From: a virus
Lineage: Duplodnaviria > Caudoviricetes
Virus record (IMG/VR): IMGVR_UViG_3300015610_000750
Span: 39,140-103,139 of that record
Direction: 5' to 3' (one strand)
Length of the DNA stretch: 64,000 nucleotides
Under the pieces are notes generated by a model that worked only from the letters and a program-made list of their open reading frames with translations, ran no database searches and had not been told where the DNA came from. This document shows positions 1-9,910 of this stretch, in pieces; positions within the stretch are counted from its first letter, which is position 1, and each line of letters begins with the position of its first letter. The position numbers were made by a program, and so were the translations under genes.

Positions 1-793
1 AGACCATTGAATCTATCTTCTCGGCTCCAAAATTACTCATTAGGAAGTGGTATGTTTTTTCATAGTCAACATCTTTATCATATAATAGACTATATAATTC
101 CAATTTAAGTTTATTGGATACATTAGAAGATGATTGTATAAGTCCACCAGTGTTCATGAAATTCTGGATACTTACCATTATTCCTCTGAAGTCGGGAAAC
201 TTTTTATTTATAATCGATACCAAGTCTTCTTTAGATATTGTTACTTCTTCTTTAGGTAGAATTGTATTTTGTATTCTTTTATACATCTCTGTCTTCAAGA
301 ATTTTTCTTCTTCAACATCTTGACAATCAAAGTTAACTTCTATGAATCTTGATCTAATTCCTGGTGTTATCTTATTTAAGTGATTGGTTGTTAATATGAA
401 CCTAACATTCTTGTGATACTTTTCAATAAATGCTTTGAACGCATCTTGAAATTGTGTAGATACTCTCTCGAACTCATCTAAAAATACATATTTAATATCC
501 GAATCTGAATCCATCATCGGAGTCACTTTACAGAAATTTTCTATCTCTGATCTTAAGACATCAATAGATGTAAACAATGAACTATTCAATTCTAAAAATG
601 CTTTGTCCTTTGTGTACTTACCGATTAATACTCTCGCAAGAGTCGTTTTTCCTGTTCCATAGTGACCATGAAATATGTAGTTACTATTTACACCTTTTTC
701 AAATTGTTTTTTTATTCTAGGTAATAGGATTGTATCGTCTATTGATTTTGGACGCCATTTTTCCCATAAAAGAAGTTCGTTTGTATTTGACAT
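1..793 (-). CDS. Clamp loader large subunit (gp44/RFC-like AAA+ ATPase), 3'-partial at window edge
   Basis: Manual translation of the minus strand from ATG at 793: LWEKWRPKSIDD, Walker A GHYGTGKTT, Walker B VFLDEFE, RFILTTNH, IRSRF; not in the ORF track because it runs off the window. Confidence 0.9.
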   Translation of the reverse strand, partial: MSNTNELLLWEKWRPKSIDDTILLPRIKKQFEKGVNSNYIFHGHYGTGKTTLARVLIGKYTKDKAFLELNSSLFTSIDVLRSEIENFCKVTPMMDSDSDIKYVFLDEFERVSTQFQDAFKAFIEKYHKNVRFILTTNHLNKITPGIRSRFIEVNFDCQDVEEEKFLKTEMYKRIQNTILPKEEVTISKEDLVSIINKKFPDFRGIMVSIQNFMNTGGLIQSSSNVSNKLKLELYSLLYDKDVDYEKTYHFLMSNFGAEKIDSMV

Positions 794-843
794 AGTTAAT
801 ATATTGTTGATCGGAGGGAAAGTTTAATTTTTATATATACAGT

Positions 844-1713
844 ATGATTGGTGAAAGGTTTAATTTTGAAGACGTATTTTTCCGTGATTTGACAGTGTGT
901 GTATTGGATACACTTGAAGGTCAAGTTAAATGGTTAAATAGGTTTGCGGCGGGAGATAACTATGTTAATGTCCCATTTTACTACTCTTTAACTGGAGATG
1001 AGAGGTTTCTATTAGATTCTTTTCAAGATGATGTTGTTTCACAAAACAGATTTGTTGAGTTAAACACAGATATTGTCCCAAGAGGTCACTTAACTATGAC
1101 CGGATTTAATATAAAGTCAGATGAATTTGCTAATCCAAATGTTTGGCTTAGAATGGTTATTGAAAATGAAGTTGAAATAAGAAAGGTTTTGGCAAAAGTT
1201 AGAGCTATTCCTATTTCAGTTAATTTCGACTTAGCTATTATGGTAAATAGTGAAATCGATGTTTTTAAGTGTAGTCAGGCTATAATGGATACGTTGTGGC
1301 TTTATAGATATATGTATTTTGAACATAACTTCATGAACATAGATGCTATAATGATAATGCCAGATACAGAGCAAATTGAGATAACAAGGGAGAAGAATAT
1401 GTCGAGTGATAATGCTATAAAGTTATCATTATCATTTGAAGTTCATACATATTATCCAGCTTTGAGAAAAGACAGAATGGGATCAAATGGAACTGGACCA
1501 GCGACTGGGCCTGGTGGAACAGGTGGACCAGGAGACTACTTAAATACACAGTCTGGTGTAACTCCTTCTGACCAGCAGGGTTCTTACTTGAATCCTTCGT
1601 ATGCTATAGTTCCTAAAAGAACAAGATGGTTCAACAATATATTGAAATCTAGAGAGAGTTCTACCGCTAGACCAAGTAACCCAAATTCAGAAAATGACAA
1701 TACTAATCAGTAA
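844..1713 (+). CDS. Probable tail terminator/sheath stabilizer (T4 gp15-like)
   Basis: VNVPFYYS...ERFL...IVPRGHLTMTGF pattern resembles gp15; late-type TTATATATAC promoter just upstream. Confidence 0.55.
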   Translation: MIGERFNFEDVFFRDLTVCVLDTLEGQVKWLNRFAAGDNYVNVPFYYSLTGDERFLLDSFQDDVVSQNRFVELNTDIVPRGHLTMTGFNIKSDEFANPNVWLRMVIENEVEIRKVLAKVRAIPISVNFDLAIMVNSEIDVFKCSQAIMDTLWLYRYMYFEHNFMNIDAIMIMPDTEQIEITREKNMSSDNAIKLSLSFEVHTYYPALRKDRMGSNGTGPATGPGGTGGPGDYLNTQSGVTPSDQQGSYLNPSYAIVPKRTRWFNNILKSRESSTARPSNPNSENDNTNQ

Positions 1714-1782
1714 AAGAAAAATGGTAAAAATTGACATTTTGGAACTAATATATAGTTTATATAAAAAATAACATTTTAAAGT

Positions 1783-3066
1783 ATGAAGAATCTTAAACTA
1801 GAGCTGTTTAACTTCAAAAAGAACCTTTCTCTTGATCAAGAAGAAGTTTCAAGAATAGTTGAGGCACATTTAAATTCATGTAATGACTTATCGGAAAAGA
1901 CTATTGTGCTTTCGCTAAACGAAAGACTTAAGCCATATACATATGATAAGGATGTTAAATCTTTGCTAGAAGGTTTAAATGATGATATGAAAAATTACGA
2001 ACTTGTTTATGAATTAAAGAACCTATACAGCGTTCTTAGCTCAAAAAACCAGGGAGAACTTTACAGACAACCTATCAATGTTTTGTTACAAACAATTAAT
2101 CTTGAGTCAGATCAAGATAGAATGTCTAAGATTCTTAATGAATTGGCAGTATATGACTGGGTTCCAGAAATAAAATTATTTGTTCATAACTTAACAAAAT
2201 CTCCTGAACAAAGATCAAACCTTTTAAGTGGTGGTAAAGGAGAGTCAATCTTCACTATTGTTGAACAAGTTGAAGATGGTCACATAGCTCTTGTAAAAGA
2301 TTCTTGGTTCATTTTAAATGAAAATACAATTGAGAAGACATTACTTGAGACTCATGTTAAGGATGAAGAAACTCTTAGAACTTTAAGAATGTTAGAAACA
2401 GCTATGAAGTATGCTTATGTTACTGAAGATAGAGTTAATTTCAGAATTTCTGAATATTTAACCATCGGTCTTGCAGTTAATGAGAAAGGTGGTATCTTCA
2501 TTAATGATGATGAAATGAACGAAGAGACAACTCTTGAAAGTTTATTCTCATCTCCAATTGTTCCTATCGTGAACAAAAACTTCTACCCATTATTAGTTGA
2601 AGTTTCTAAAAATTTATCTAACTTCGTTGAATTAGACGTTGTTAAGAGAATTTCTAACTTAATTAACCCATACTTAGAAGTATTTGCATTTAATTATAAA
2701 AACAGTACATACTTATACAGATGTGATGAGAGATATGGTAACTCATTCTTCAAATATGAGTCAGCTCTTGAATTAGTTAACGAAGTAAGAAACGAGTTAA
2801 ACTATGATTTAACATATTTCTATGAGAATAGATTAGATAAAGAAGTAGTTGCTAAGAAAAAACTTGAAGACAAAGAAAGAGAAATTTCTCTTAAATTAGA
2901 AGATGTGAACTTTAACATTTCAAAAGTTAAAGGTTCTATTCAAATGATTGGAGAATCTCAAGTATTATCACAAGCATTAGGTAATCTTGAAAAGAGAAAA
3001 AATTCTTTAGAGACTGAACTACAAGCTGTGAAAGAATTACAATATAAAGAAAGAATTAAACTTTAA
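1783..3066 (+). CDS. Hypothetical late protein with C-terminal coiled coil
   Basis: 427-aa ORF, TAATATATA promoter upstream, hairpin downstream. Confidence 0.6.
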   Translation: MKNLKLELFNFKKNLSLDQEEVSRIVEAHLNSCNDLSEKTIVLSLNERLKPYTYDKDVKSLLEGLNDDMKNYELVYELKNLYSVLSSKNQGELYRQPINVLLQTINLESDQDRMSKILNELAVYDWVPEIKLFVHNLTKSPEQRSNLLSGGKGESIFTIVEQVEDGHIALVKDSWFILNENTIEKTLLETHVKDEETLRTLRMLETAMKYAYVTEDRVNFRISEYLTIGLAVNEKGGIFINDDEMNEETTLESLFSSPIVPIVNKNFYPLLVEVSKNLSNFVELDVVKRISNLINPYLEVFAFNYKNSTYLYRCDERYGNSFFKYESALELVNEVRNELNYDLTYFYENRLDKEVVAKKKLEDKEREISLKLEDVNFNISKVKGSIQMIGESQVLSQALGNLEKRKNSLETELQAVKELQYKERIKL

Positions 3067-3193
3067 TTTATTATTTTAATATCATGAAATTAAACCCTGA
3101 TTTTTTAATCGGGGTTTAATCTTTTTAAAAAATACTAATATAATGATTAAAGCATTCCACATAGGGGAACCCTAAAAAAATAAATGCTTAATA

Positions 3194-3559
3194 ATGTATC
3201 TTAATAATAAAGATTTGTATGTTGAAATAATAGTATCAAAGGCACAAGGAAAACTTACCAGAAACGCTGAGAAAATGTTAGAGTTGTTGGCTAAAAAAAC
3301 AATTAAAAAGATGAGATATTGGTCTAACGATGATAAACTTGATTGTTATCAAAGTGGACTCTTAGATATGTTTCAAAACTGGTATAACTTTAATGAAGAA
3401 AAATCTGTAAATGCTTTCGCATACTTCACAGAAGTCTTTAAGAGAGGTATCGCTAAAGGATATAACGAACTCTATAAGAAGAAAGGTGACAACGAACATC
3501 TAATAAAACTAATTTCAATAGAAGGTTCAAATGAAGGTCAAGGATTACACTCACTCTAG
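3194..3559 (+). CDS. Late-transcription sigma factor (T4 gp55-like)
   Basis: YLNNKDL N-terminus and NFNEEKSVNAFAYFTEV motif typical of gp55. Confidence 0.8.
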   Translation: MYLNNKDLYVEIIVSKAQGKLTRNAEKMLELLAKKTIKKMRYWSNDDKLDCYQSGLLDMFQNWYNFNEEKSVNAFAYFTEVFKRGIAKGYNELYKKKGDNEHLIKLISIEGSNEGQGLHSL

Positions 3560-3563
3560 TGTT

Positions 3564-3722
3564 ATGGTCACTGACCTATTTACTTATGATATGGTTACTG
3601 ATCCGGGATTTTCCGACTCTAAATTAGAGATGCCTTATGAACTTTGGATTAAACTTAGAAATAATGAGAGAAAGAGATTAATTTCAAATATTTTAGACAA
3701 AATAAAAAAACCACTCGATTGA
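3564..3722 (+). CDS. 52-aa mini-protein: prohead-protease-derived segment plus RxxxIxxIL tag
   Basis: LFTYDMVTDPGFSDSK matches LFTYDIVADPGFASAK in the protease at 10460; ATG 3564 is in frame with track ORF 3531..3722. Confidence 0.7.
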   Translation: MVTDLFTYDMVTDPGFSDSKLEMPYELWIKLRNNERKRLISNILDKIKKPLD

Positions 3723-3736
3723 GTGGTTTTCTTTTT
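3704..3736. terminator. Bidirectional intrinsic terminator
   Basis: AAAAAACCACTC-GATT-GAGTGGTTTT between convergent genes. Confidence 0.8.
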
Positions 3737-4040
3737 ATTTCTTTTTGTATCTTTTACTTTCCATTGTTTCTGATGAGGCTACATTTCTAACAGCTGGTTC
3801 TTCTACACCAACCATTCTGCTTTTACCTCCTTCAGTTGCGTAACTTAAAGAGTAAACACCAAGTTCAACATCTTCATTTTGATTAGCAATGAATTCCATT
3901 TTATCTTCAGCTTCTTCTTGAGAATTAGCTCTTACAGTGATATCACAAGTGAATGTGTAATAGTTATTCACATCTGTATCTTCACCCCAATTTTGTTTAG
4001 GTTTTTGTTCATATAGTTCGTTGAACTTCTTAATCTTCAT
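3735..4040 (-). CDS. Hypothetical protein with putative capsid-targeting N-terminus
   Basis: MKIKKFNELYE start; TAATATATA on the minus strand at ~4066-4074. Confidence 0.6.
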   Translation of the reverse strand: MKIKKFNELYEQKPKQNWGEDTDVNNYYTFTCDITVRANSQEEAEDKMEFIANQNEDVELGVYSLSYATEGGKSRMVGVEEPAVRNVASSETMESKRYKKK

Positions 4041-4105
4041 AATAATGAATTATTTTTTAATAATGTATATATTATTTTTTATAACGTAATTTATATATAA
4101 AAAAC

Positions 4106-4133
4106 AAAAACCCACTTTTCAGTGGGTTTTTTT
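4106..4133. terminator. Intrinsic terminator after glutamine synthetase
   Basis: AAAAACCCACT-TTTC-AGTGGGTTTTTTT. Confidence 0.8.
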
Positions 4134-4134
4134 A

Positions 4135-5220
4135 TTATGCCAATTCATTTATTTCACTGAATACTGTTTCAAGCATTCTATTTGATACTAAATAAGGGTC
4201 GCAGTTTGAGGCAGGTCTCCTATCTTCAAAATATCCTTTCTTATCAACTATTGCCTGAGCTGGTATTCTGATTGATGTGTCTCTTGTGCTATATCCATAG
4301 CTAAAGTCATGTATACCTGATGTTTCATGTTCACCGGTTAATCTTTGTTCATTGTGTAATCCATATACATCAATGTGATTTTGATGATTTTTTTCAAGTT
4401 TAATCATCGATTCTTTTATTATATCGATACCACCTTCAGATCTCATTTCTTTAGTCGAGAAGTTAACATGACATCCTGTTCCATTCCAATCACCTTTGAT
4501 AGGTTTTGGGTGAAGAGATACATTGACATTATGTTTTTCTGCCACTCTTTGTAATAGATATCTAGATATCCATAATTGATCTGAACCATTTAATGCGGTT
4601 ACTGGTCCAATTTGATACTCCCATTGTCCTAAAAGAACTTCTGCATTTATACCAGATATTTCTAAACCTATATTTAAACATAGATTCATATGTTCTTCTA
4701 CTATTTCTCTACCAACAACAGTATCAGCTCCTATTCCACAGTAATAATCACCTTGTGGTCTTGGAGTTTGACCTATTGTAAATCCTAATGGTAAACCAAC
4801 TCCCTCAGAAAATGGTGAAACTGGTTTGTGTGTCAGTGTGTATTCTTGTTCCCATCCAAACCAAGGTAATTCTGATTTTGGTGAGTTTTCATTTATTCCT
4901 AGTTCTTTTAATCTATTTACTAGTTTGTGTCTGTTATTTGATTCGTGTGGTGTTCCATCTGGACTCATAACTTCACATAAAACTAATTTAGAACCATTAT
5001 TTCTAAAGGGGTCGTTTACTACAAATACTGGTTTTAATAAACAGTCAGTATTTTTGCCTTTTCCAGATAAAGCTTGTTTTGTTGAACTTCCATCAAATGA
5101 CCAAATTGAATAGTTTGATGGGTCATTGTTTTCAATGGGTTCAGATATTTTTGTCTTACTTCTCAGTTGTTGTGGGTTATTCCCATCCAACCAAATGTAC
5201 TCTAACATGATTTTATTCAT
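4135..5220 (-). CDS. glnII: Glutamine synthetase type II
   Basis: EYIWLDG, LRSKTK, WSFDGSST, PWFGWEQEY, GINAEV...QWEYQIGP, GDWNGTGCHVNFST, YFEDRRPASNCDPY. Confidence 0.93.
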   Translation of the reverse strand: MNKIMLEYIWLDGNNPQQLRSKTKISEPIENNDPSNYSIWSFDGSSTKQALSGKGKNTDCLLKPVFVVNDPFRNNGSKLVLCEVMSPDGTPHESNNRHKLVNRLKELGINENSPKSELPWFGWEQEYTLTHKPVSPFSEGVGLPLGFTIGQTPRPQGDYYCGIGADTVVGREIVEEHMNLCLNIGLEISGINAEVLLGQWEYQIGPVTALNGSDQLWISRYLLQRVAEKHNVNVSLHPKPIKGDWNGTGCHVNFSTKEMRSEGGIDIIKESMIKLEKNHQNHIDVYGLHNEQRLTGEHETSGIHDFSYGYSTRDTSIRIPAQAIVDKKGYFEDRRPASNCDPYLVSNRMLETVFSEINELA

Positions 5221-5295
5221 ATGTATGGTTTTATTTTTGTTTATTATATTAATTTTTAAAACTTAGTTTCTTCCAAAACATACAATTTTTATAAA

Positions 5296-5607
5296 ATGAG
5301 ATCGATGAATAAAGTAATTTTACAATTTTGGGAAGAGTCCGAAAGAGGATGGGGAACTAGACCTGATGGGTGTTCACTTCATTTAGACATTAATAGTAGA
5401 AACTCATATGTTGAGAAAATATATGAAGATAGAAAGTCATCTGATGTTCCAGATGAGTATGATAGAATTGTAGGTGAACCAATAGACGCTTTTATAAGTG
5501 ATGTTATGTTTGCTAGAGTTAAGTTGAAAACTAATGTTAGAATACACGAGCATGAGTTAAATAATTTAATGAATATGGCAGAAATAATAGTTAAAGATGA
5601 TAAATAG
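5296..5607 (+). CDS. Conserved phage hypothetical protein
   Basis: WEESERGWGTRPDGCSLH motif; 103 aa. Confidence 0.6.
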   Translation: MRSMNKVILQFWEESERGWGTRPDGCSLHLDINSRNSYVEKIYEDRKSSDVPDEYDRIVGEPIDAFISDVMFARVKLKTNVRIHEHELNNLMNMAEIIVKDDK

Positions 5608-5944
5608 TATTTTCTATATTCTATTGTTTCTATTCATTTGGAATGAATTCTATTATGTTAGAAATAGAAACAAATTAGCTACTAAATTTAGGGATAGGGC
5701 AATTGAGTCTTATACTTTATTTGACGTAGTATATTACCTAACTAGAGTTTTTTATTGGTTTTGGTTAATCATTGGTTGTTTTTCACATTTACAGCATTAT
5801 TTTCAGATAATAATACTGTTATCATTGGGTAAATTTATATTATACCACTTAAATAAGAAAATATACGATGTATATGACTTAATAATAGCTATTGTGTCAA
5901 TAGTTACTTTAATATTATTATTTGTTGATAGGTTTATAAGTTAA
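5597..5944 (+). CDS. Hypothetical membrane protein
   Basis: Several hydrophobic segments. Confidence 0.6.
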   Translation: MINSIFYILLFLFIWNEFYYVRNRNKLATKFRDRAIESYTLFDVVYYLTRVFYWFWLIIGCFSHLQHYFQIIILLSLGKFILYHLNKKIYDVYDLIIAIVSIVTLILLFVDRFIS

Positions 5945-6464
5945 ACCTTTTTAATGTATCTTCGGTTATAACAATGAACTTATAACCCTTTTTCTCACAC
6001 CATTTAATCATTGTTTGCCACTTTTCTGCATTCTTTTGAGCCATTTTGAATTTATATTCAAGTGATTGTAGTTTCTTTAATGATGTTTTTTCTGGTGTTT
6101 GAAATTTACCTTCTGTGAATAACACCGCGTCATTATATTCTGCTTTTGGTTTTACCTCAGCTATAACAGTCTGAATGCTACCATCTGGCATTTTTAGTTC
6201 ATAGTAGAAATCTGGATAATATGAGTGTTCTTTTATTTTTAACTCACCATTTACAACGTGTGTCATTTGATAAGGTATTCTTATACATTCGGATCCCCAT
6301 TTTACAATCTCCTTTTTATTATCCAACCAAGTTATTATTTTCTTTTCCCAAGAGCTTCTAAAGAAAACTCCACCTTTGGCATTTAACTTAATAACTTTGT
6401 CTTTATGTTTTGGGATATAATTCCCTTGATTATACTTGGAGTTATTTGGTGCTGAATTTAACAT
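5934..6464 (-). CDS. Head completion nuclease (T4 gp4, TnsA-like)
   Basis: RSSWE, WGSE..IPY, YYPDFY, EVKP, NAEKW motifs; close to the portal gene. Confidence 0.85.
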   Translation of the reverse strand: MLNSAPNNSKYNQGNYIPKHKDKVIKLNAKGGVFFRSSWEKKIITWLDNKKEIVKWGSECIRIPYQMTHVVNGELKIKEHSYYPDFYYELKMPDGSIQTVIAEVKPKAEYNDAVLFTEGKFQTPEKTSLKKLQSLEYKFKMAQKNAEKWQTMIKWCEKKGYKFIVITEDTLKRFNL

Positions 6465-6513
6465 ATTTATATATGTGACGTTTTTTTATATATAAAAAAA
6501 CTCTTTTTTCGAT

Positions 6514-7209
6514 ATGGGTGCATTACAAGACAAAGTTGATTTGAGTCTATTGGTATATGGCAATGGAGTAGCTGATAATTTTAAAAATAACTCACTATAC
6601 TTTTATGATAAGTATCAAAAGAGTGATAAGGAAATAACAAGCATAAATGTAAAGGATATTAAACTCGGTGGTTTTTATTTCCTTCACTATCTGGATGATT
6701 CTAATTGGATGAGATGGTCACCTATTTTTGCTTGTGATTATAGAAAGTTCTCTAATCAAGTTATTTTATTTGGTGTGAACTTTAACTTTATTCCTTTGGA
6801 GGTTAGAGTATCTATTTTTGATAAGTTTATCACGGAAGAAGATTTTGAGAAAGACACCTTACTTAAGGTTGATTATGCAGGTGTTTATAGAGAGCTTTTA
6901 AAATATGGATTTGAGTATGCTATAACTGAGTATAATTTGATACAGGTTAAATTTGTACACAAAATATCTATGAATATGGTTCCTAGATTTTTATATTCAC
7001 AACATCCTCAAAATAAATATGATCCAAATAAATTAGTTCAAATATGGAATGCTAAATTGGACTCAAGAGATAAGAGACATAAAGAGATGATGTCATCACT
7101 ATTATCTGATTTCTATGATGTTAATGGTGAGATAAAGGATAAATATAAAAAACTCAAAGAACACATACAAAGACTGCAAAATAGTGCAGAAAAATATGGT
7201 GGAAAATAA
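6514..7209 (+). CDS. Probable DNA end protector (T4 gp2-like)
   Basis: GGFYFLHY...SPIF...GVNFNFIP..R pattern resembles gp2; adjacent to gp4. Confidence 0.5.
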   Translation: MGALQDKVDLSLLVYGNGVADNFKNNSLYFYDKYQKSDKEITSINVKDIKLGGFYFLHYLDDSNWMRWSPIFACDYRKFSNQVILFGVNFNFIPLEVRVSIFDKFITEEDFEKDTLLKVDYAGVYRELLKYGFEYAITEYNLIQVKFVHKISMNMVPRFLYSQHPQNKYDPNKLVQIWNAKLDSRDKRHKEMMSSLLSDFYDVNGEIKDKYKKLKEHIQRLQNSAEKYGGK

Positions 7210-7225
7210 TTAATATATAGTTAAT

Positions 7226-7699
7226 ATGAAACATCTTAGAAAATTCGAAGAACTTGACTACTCTACATATAGTAGTGCTGCTGCAAAACTTAAGCAACAT
7301 GGTCAAAAGGCAAGAGCTGCAAAATTATCATCTCACGCTGAAGAGATGGAGATGAAAAGAATAAATCAAATGTCATTTGATATTCTTGTTGGTGAAACTA
7401 GACCATTTAATGATGCTAAATATAAATCAGTAAATGTTTTAAGAGAGAGTGGCGCTAAGGGTATTGTTTGTATTTTCGAGTCAGGTAATAACACACACAG
7501 AGTATTGTCTACTATCAACGCTGATGGTTCTGTTATTTGGAGAGACTATAATAAATTTGCTAATAGAAAATCAGTTAATGAATATCAGAAATTACTAAGA
7601 ATGTTGGGTGAATTTCAACCAGAAGTTAAGAAACTTTTAGAGGAGATGAATTTAACTCCTGACTCATTAAAAGTTGTTCCTAGAACATTTTATATTTAA
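7226..7699 (+). CDS. Hypothetical protein with putative capsid-targeting N-terminus
   Basis: MKHLRKFEE start; TAATATATA at 7211. Confidence 0.6.
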   Translation: MKHLRKFEELDYSTYSSAAAKLKQHGQKARAAKLSSHAEEMEMKRINQMSFDILVGETRPFNDAKYKSVNVLRESGAKGIVCIFESGNNTHRVLSTINADGSVIWRDYNKFANRKSVNEYQKLLRMLGEFQPEVKKLLEEMNLTPDSLKVVPRTFYI

Positions 7700-7766
7700 T
7701 TGGCCTACCCTGGGTTTGGAGGGGCATCATATTTTTAATATATACCATTAAATTTTAATTTTTTAA

Positions 7767-9458
7767 ATGGCTTCATATAACCCATCAAACACACAGGGAA
7801 ATTTTCAATATATTAATTCTGCAGTTGAGAACAAGGGATTGTTTTCGAGAATTTTAAGAAACTTATCATCTCATGGTATGAACTATGATGACATGATAGT
7901 TAGAAACCAAGTTGGTGTTGGTATAAATGAAGATCCATATGCTGCTAGAGGTAATAGCATGTATGATTTCTTCTCACAGAGAGCTGTTGCCTCTGTCCTT
8001 AATAAGAAGTCTATTCCATATTTAGATAAATCATACGGTGATAAAAGAAGAATTTTAAGAGAATATTCTATAAAGGATGAGATAAGAGATTTCGTTAGTA
8101 CTATATGTGATGAATCAATTATCTATAATGATAAGGATTTCTGTCAACCAAAGCCATTATCAAATGATTACCCACAAGAAGTTAGAGATAAGTATCAAGA
8201 GTATTTTGAGAAAGTTTATAATAAGTTTGGATTCTCCGATAACATTAGTGCTTGGAATATGATGAGAGATTTTTTAATTGATGGGTATGTTGCGGTTGAG
8301 ATAATCTATGATGATAAGAAAAAGAATATAATTGGATTTAATAGACTAAGACCCGAAACATTAGTTCCCGCATATGAGCCATCTATTGGTCATTTGTGGA
8401 TTCAATTTCCTGAAGATCCTCAATTGAGAAGGATATTTTTAGATTCTCAGATTATTTATATTTCATATTCAACGCAAAATGACTATTCTGAAACTTCATA
8501 TGTTGAAGGTTTGATTAAGCCTTATAACCAATTAAAGATAATTGAACAAACAAGAATAATGTTCAACATCATTAATGCTACTGTTTATCAAAAGTTTACT
8601 ATACCAATTAAGGGATTACCTAGACAAAGAGCTGAAGAGCAAATTGGTCAGTTAATACATGACTATTCTGAAGAAGTTGAGTGGGATGATTCACTTGGTA
8701 CTTTAACTATAAATGGAGCTAAACACTTACCTTACAATAAACAAGTTTGGTTTCCTGAGGGAGATGCTGGTACTCCAAATATGGAGTTAGTTTCACCAGA
8801 AGGACACAACTTAAATGAGAGTGATATACTAACTTGGTTCTATAATGCATTAAAAAGGGCATCTAAGATTCCTTTCCAGAGATTTGAAAAGGAAAATGGT
8901 GGTGGTAATATATTTACCGATGCTGCTGAGATGACAAGAGATGAGGTTAAGTTTTCTAACTTCATTGGGAGATTAAGAGCTAACTTTAAAGAATTAGTAG
9001 TTAAGCCAATAAAATTACAAATGATGATAGAGTTCCCTGAGTTAAAAGAAGATGAGATATTTATTAATCAAGTGGATATATCATTTAACTCCAATCAGTT
9101 ATTTGAAGAGTGGAAGAAGATCGGAAACATGGAGAAGAAAGCCGGTGTTCTATCAACGTTACTTGGTATTCAAAAGGCTGATGGTAATCCATACTTCCAC
9201 ATTGAGTACTTAATAGATCACGTATTTAAGTTATCTCCAGAGGAGAAAGAAGAAAATAAGAAATATTGGACTAAAGAGGGTGCTGGTGGTGGATCTGCTA
9301 CAGAAGGTGGTGGAGGCGCTGAAGGTGGCGGTGAAATGGGTGGTCCTGAAGGTGGTGGAGAAGCCGGAGGTCCTGAAATGGGTGGTCCTGAACCGGGTGG
9401 TGAAGCTGGTGGAGGTGCTGAAGGTGGCGGTGAAGCTGGTAGTGAATTTGAATTTTAA
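7767..9458 (+). CDS. Portal protein (T4 gp20-like) with Gly/Glu-rich C-terminal tail
   Basis: LIKPYNQLKIIE, RAEEQI, WFP, FYNALKRASKIP..RF, EMTRDEVKFSNFIGRLR; position upstream of protease and capsid genes. Confidence 0.9.
   Translation: MASYNPSNTQGNFQYINSAVENKGLFSRILRNLSSHGMNYDDMIVRNQVGVGINEDPYAARGNSMYDFFSQRAVASVLNKKSIPYLDKSYGDKRRILREYSIKDEIRDFVSTICDESIIYNDKDFCQPKPLSNDYPQEVRDKYQEYFEKVYNKFGFSDNISAWNMMRDFLIDGYVAVEIIYDDKKKNIIGFNRLRPETLVPAYEPSIGHLWIQFPEDPQLRRIFLDSQIIYISYSTQNDYSETSYVEGLIKPYNQLKIIEQTRIMFNIINATVYQKFTIPIKGLPRQRAEEQIGQLIHDYSEEVEWDDSLGTLTINGAKHLPYNKQVWFPEGDAGTPNMELVSPEGHNLNESDILTWFYNALKRASKIPFQRFEKENGGGNIFTDAAEMTRDEVKFSNFIGRLRANFKELVVKPIKLQMMIEFPELKEDEIFINQVDISFNSNQLFEEWKKIGNMEKKAGVLSTLLGIQKADGNPYFHIEYLIDHVFKLSPEEKEENKKYWTKEGAGGGSATEGGGGAEGGGEMGGPEGGGEAGGPEMGGPEPGGEAGGGAEGGGEAGSEFEF
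9278..9441 (+). repeat. Low-complexity GGGAE/GGPE repeats at the portal C-terminus
   Basis: Repeated GGTGGT/GAAGGTGG units, e.g. GCTGAAGGTGGCGGTGAA twice and GAAATGGGTGGTCCTGAA twice. Confidence 0.85.
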
Positions 9459-9459
9459 C

Positions 9460-9489
9460 AAAAAATCCTCTCAAATGAGAGGATTTTTT
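9460..9489. terminator. Bidirectional intrinsic terminator
   Basis: AAAAAATCCTCTCA-AA-TGAGAGGATTTTTT. Confidence 0.8.
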
Positions 9490-9910
9490 AATTATCTATA
9501 TAAAACACTACTTTATTTCTTTTTTCGAGTTTCATGACTTTTATCTCTAAGTCTATTTCATTTGAGATTATTTCTTTTAATATCTTACCATTAGGAGTTG
9601 TCATTGTTTCTATTGTGACTTTCAATCTTTCTACCGTATCATCCTTTATTATGAAGTTCATTGATACTATCTTAAATGCAAATTTGGTAATACTTATTTC
9701 CTCATTTTCGGGTTTACCGAGTAGTCCAAGAAACTCCCATGATCCTGATGATATCTCATCTATTGCGAATTCAACTTTCTTGCCCTCTAATAGAGTATTT
9801 AGTTTTACCTCTCTAAGGTATGACTTGAATTCTGGTAATGGTTCTAAAAGATGGTTAAATGATGAGAACACCAATTCGCTTTCTAAATTAACTATAAAAT
9901 CTTTTCTCAA
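9488..9910 (-). CDS. Degenerate prohead-protease-like protein carrying the REVKLNTLL tag
   Basis: IETMTTPNGKILKEII resembles the gp21 TPxGK helix; no catalytic His/Ser motifs visible. Confidence 0.5.
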   Translation of the reverse strand: MRKDFIVNLESELVFSSFNHLLEPLPEFKSYLREVKLNTLLEGKKVEFAIDEISSGSWEFLGLLGKPENEEISITKFAFKIVSMNFIIKDDTVERLKVTIETMTTPNGKILKEIISNEIDLEIKVMKLEKRNKVVFYIDN

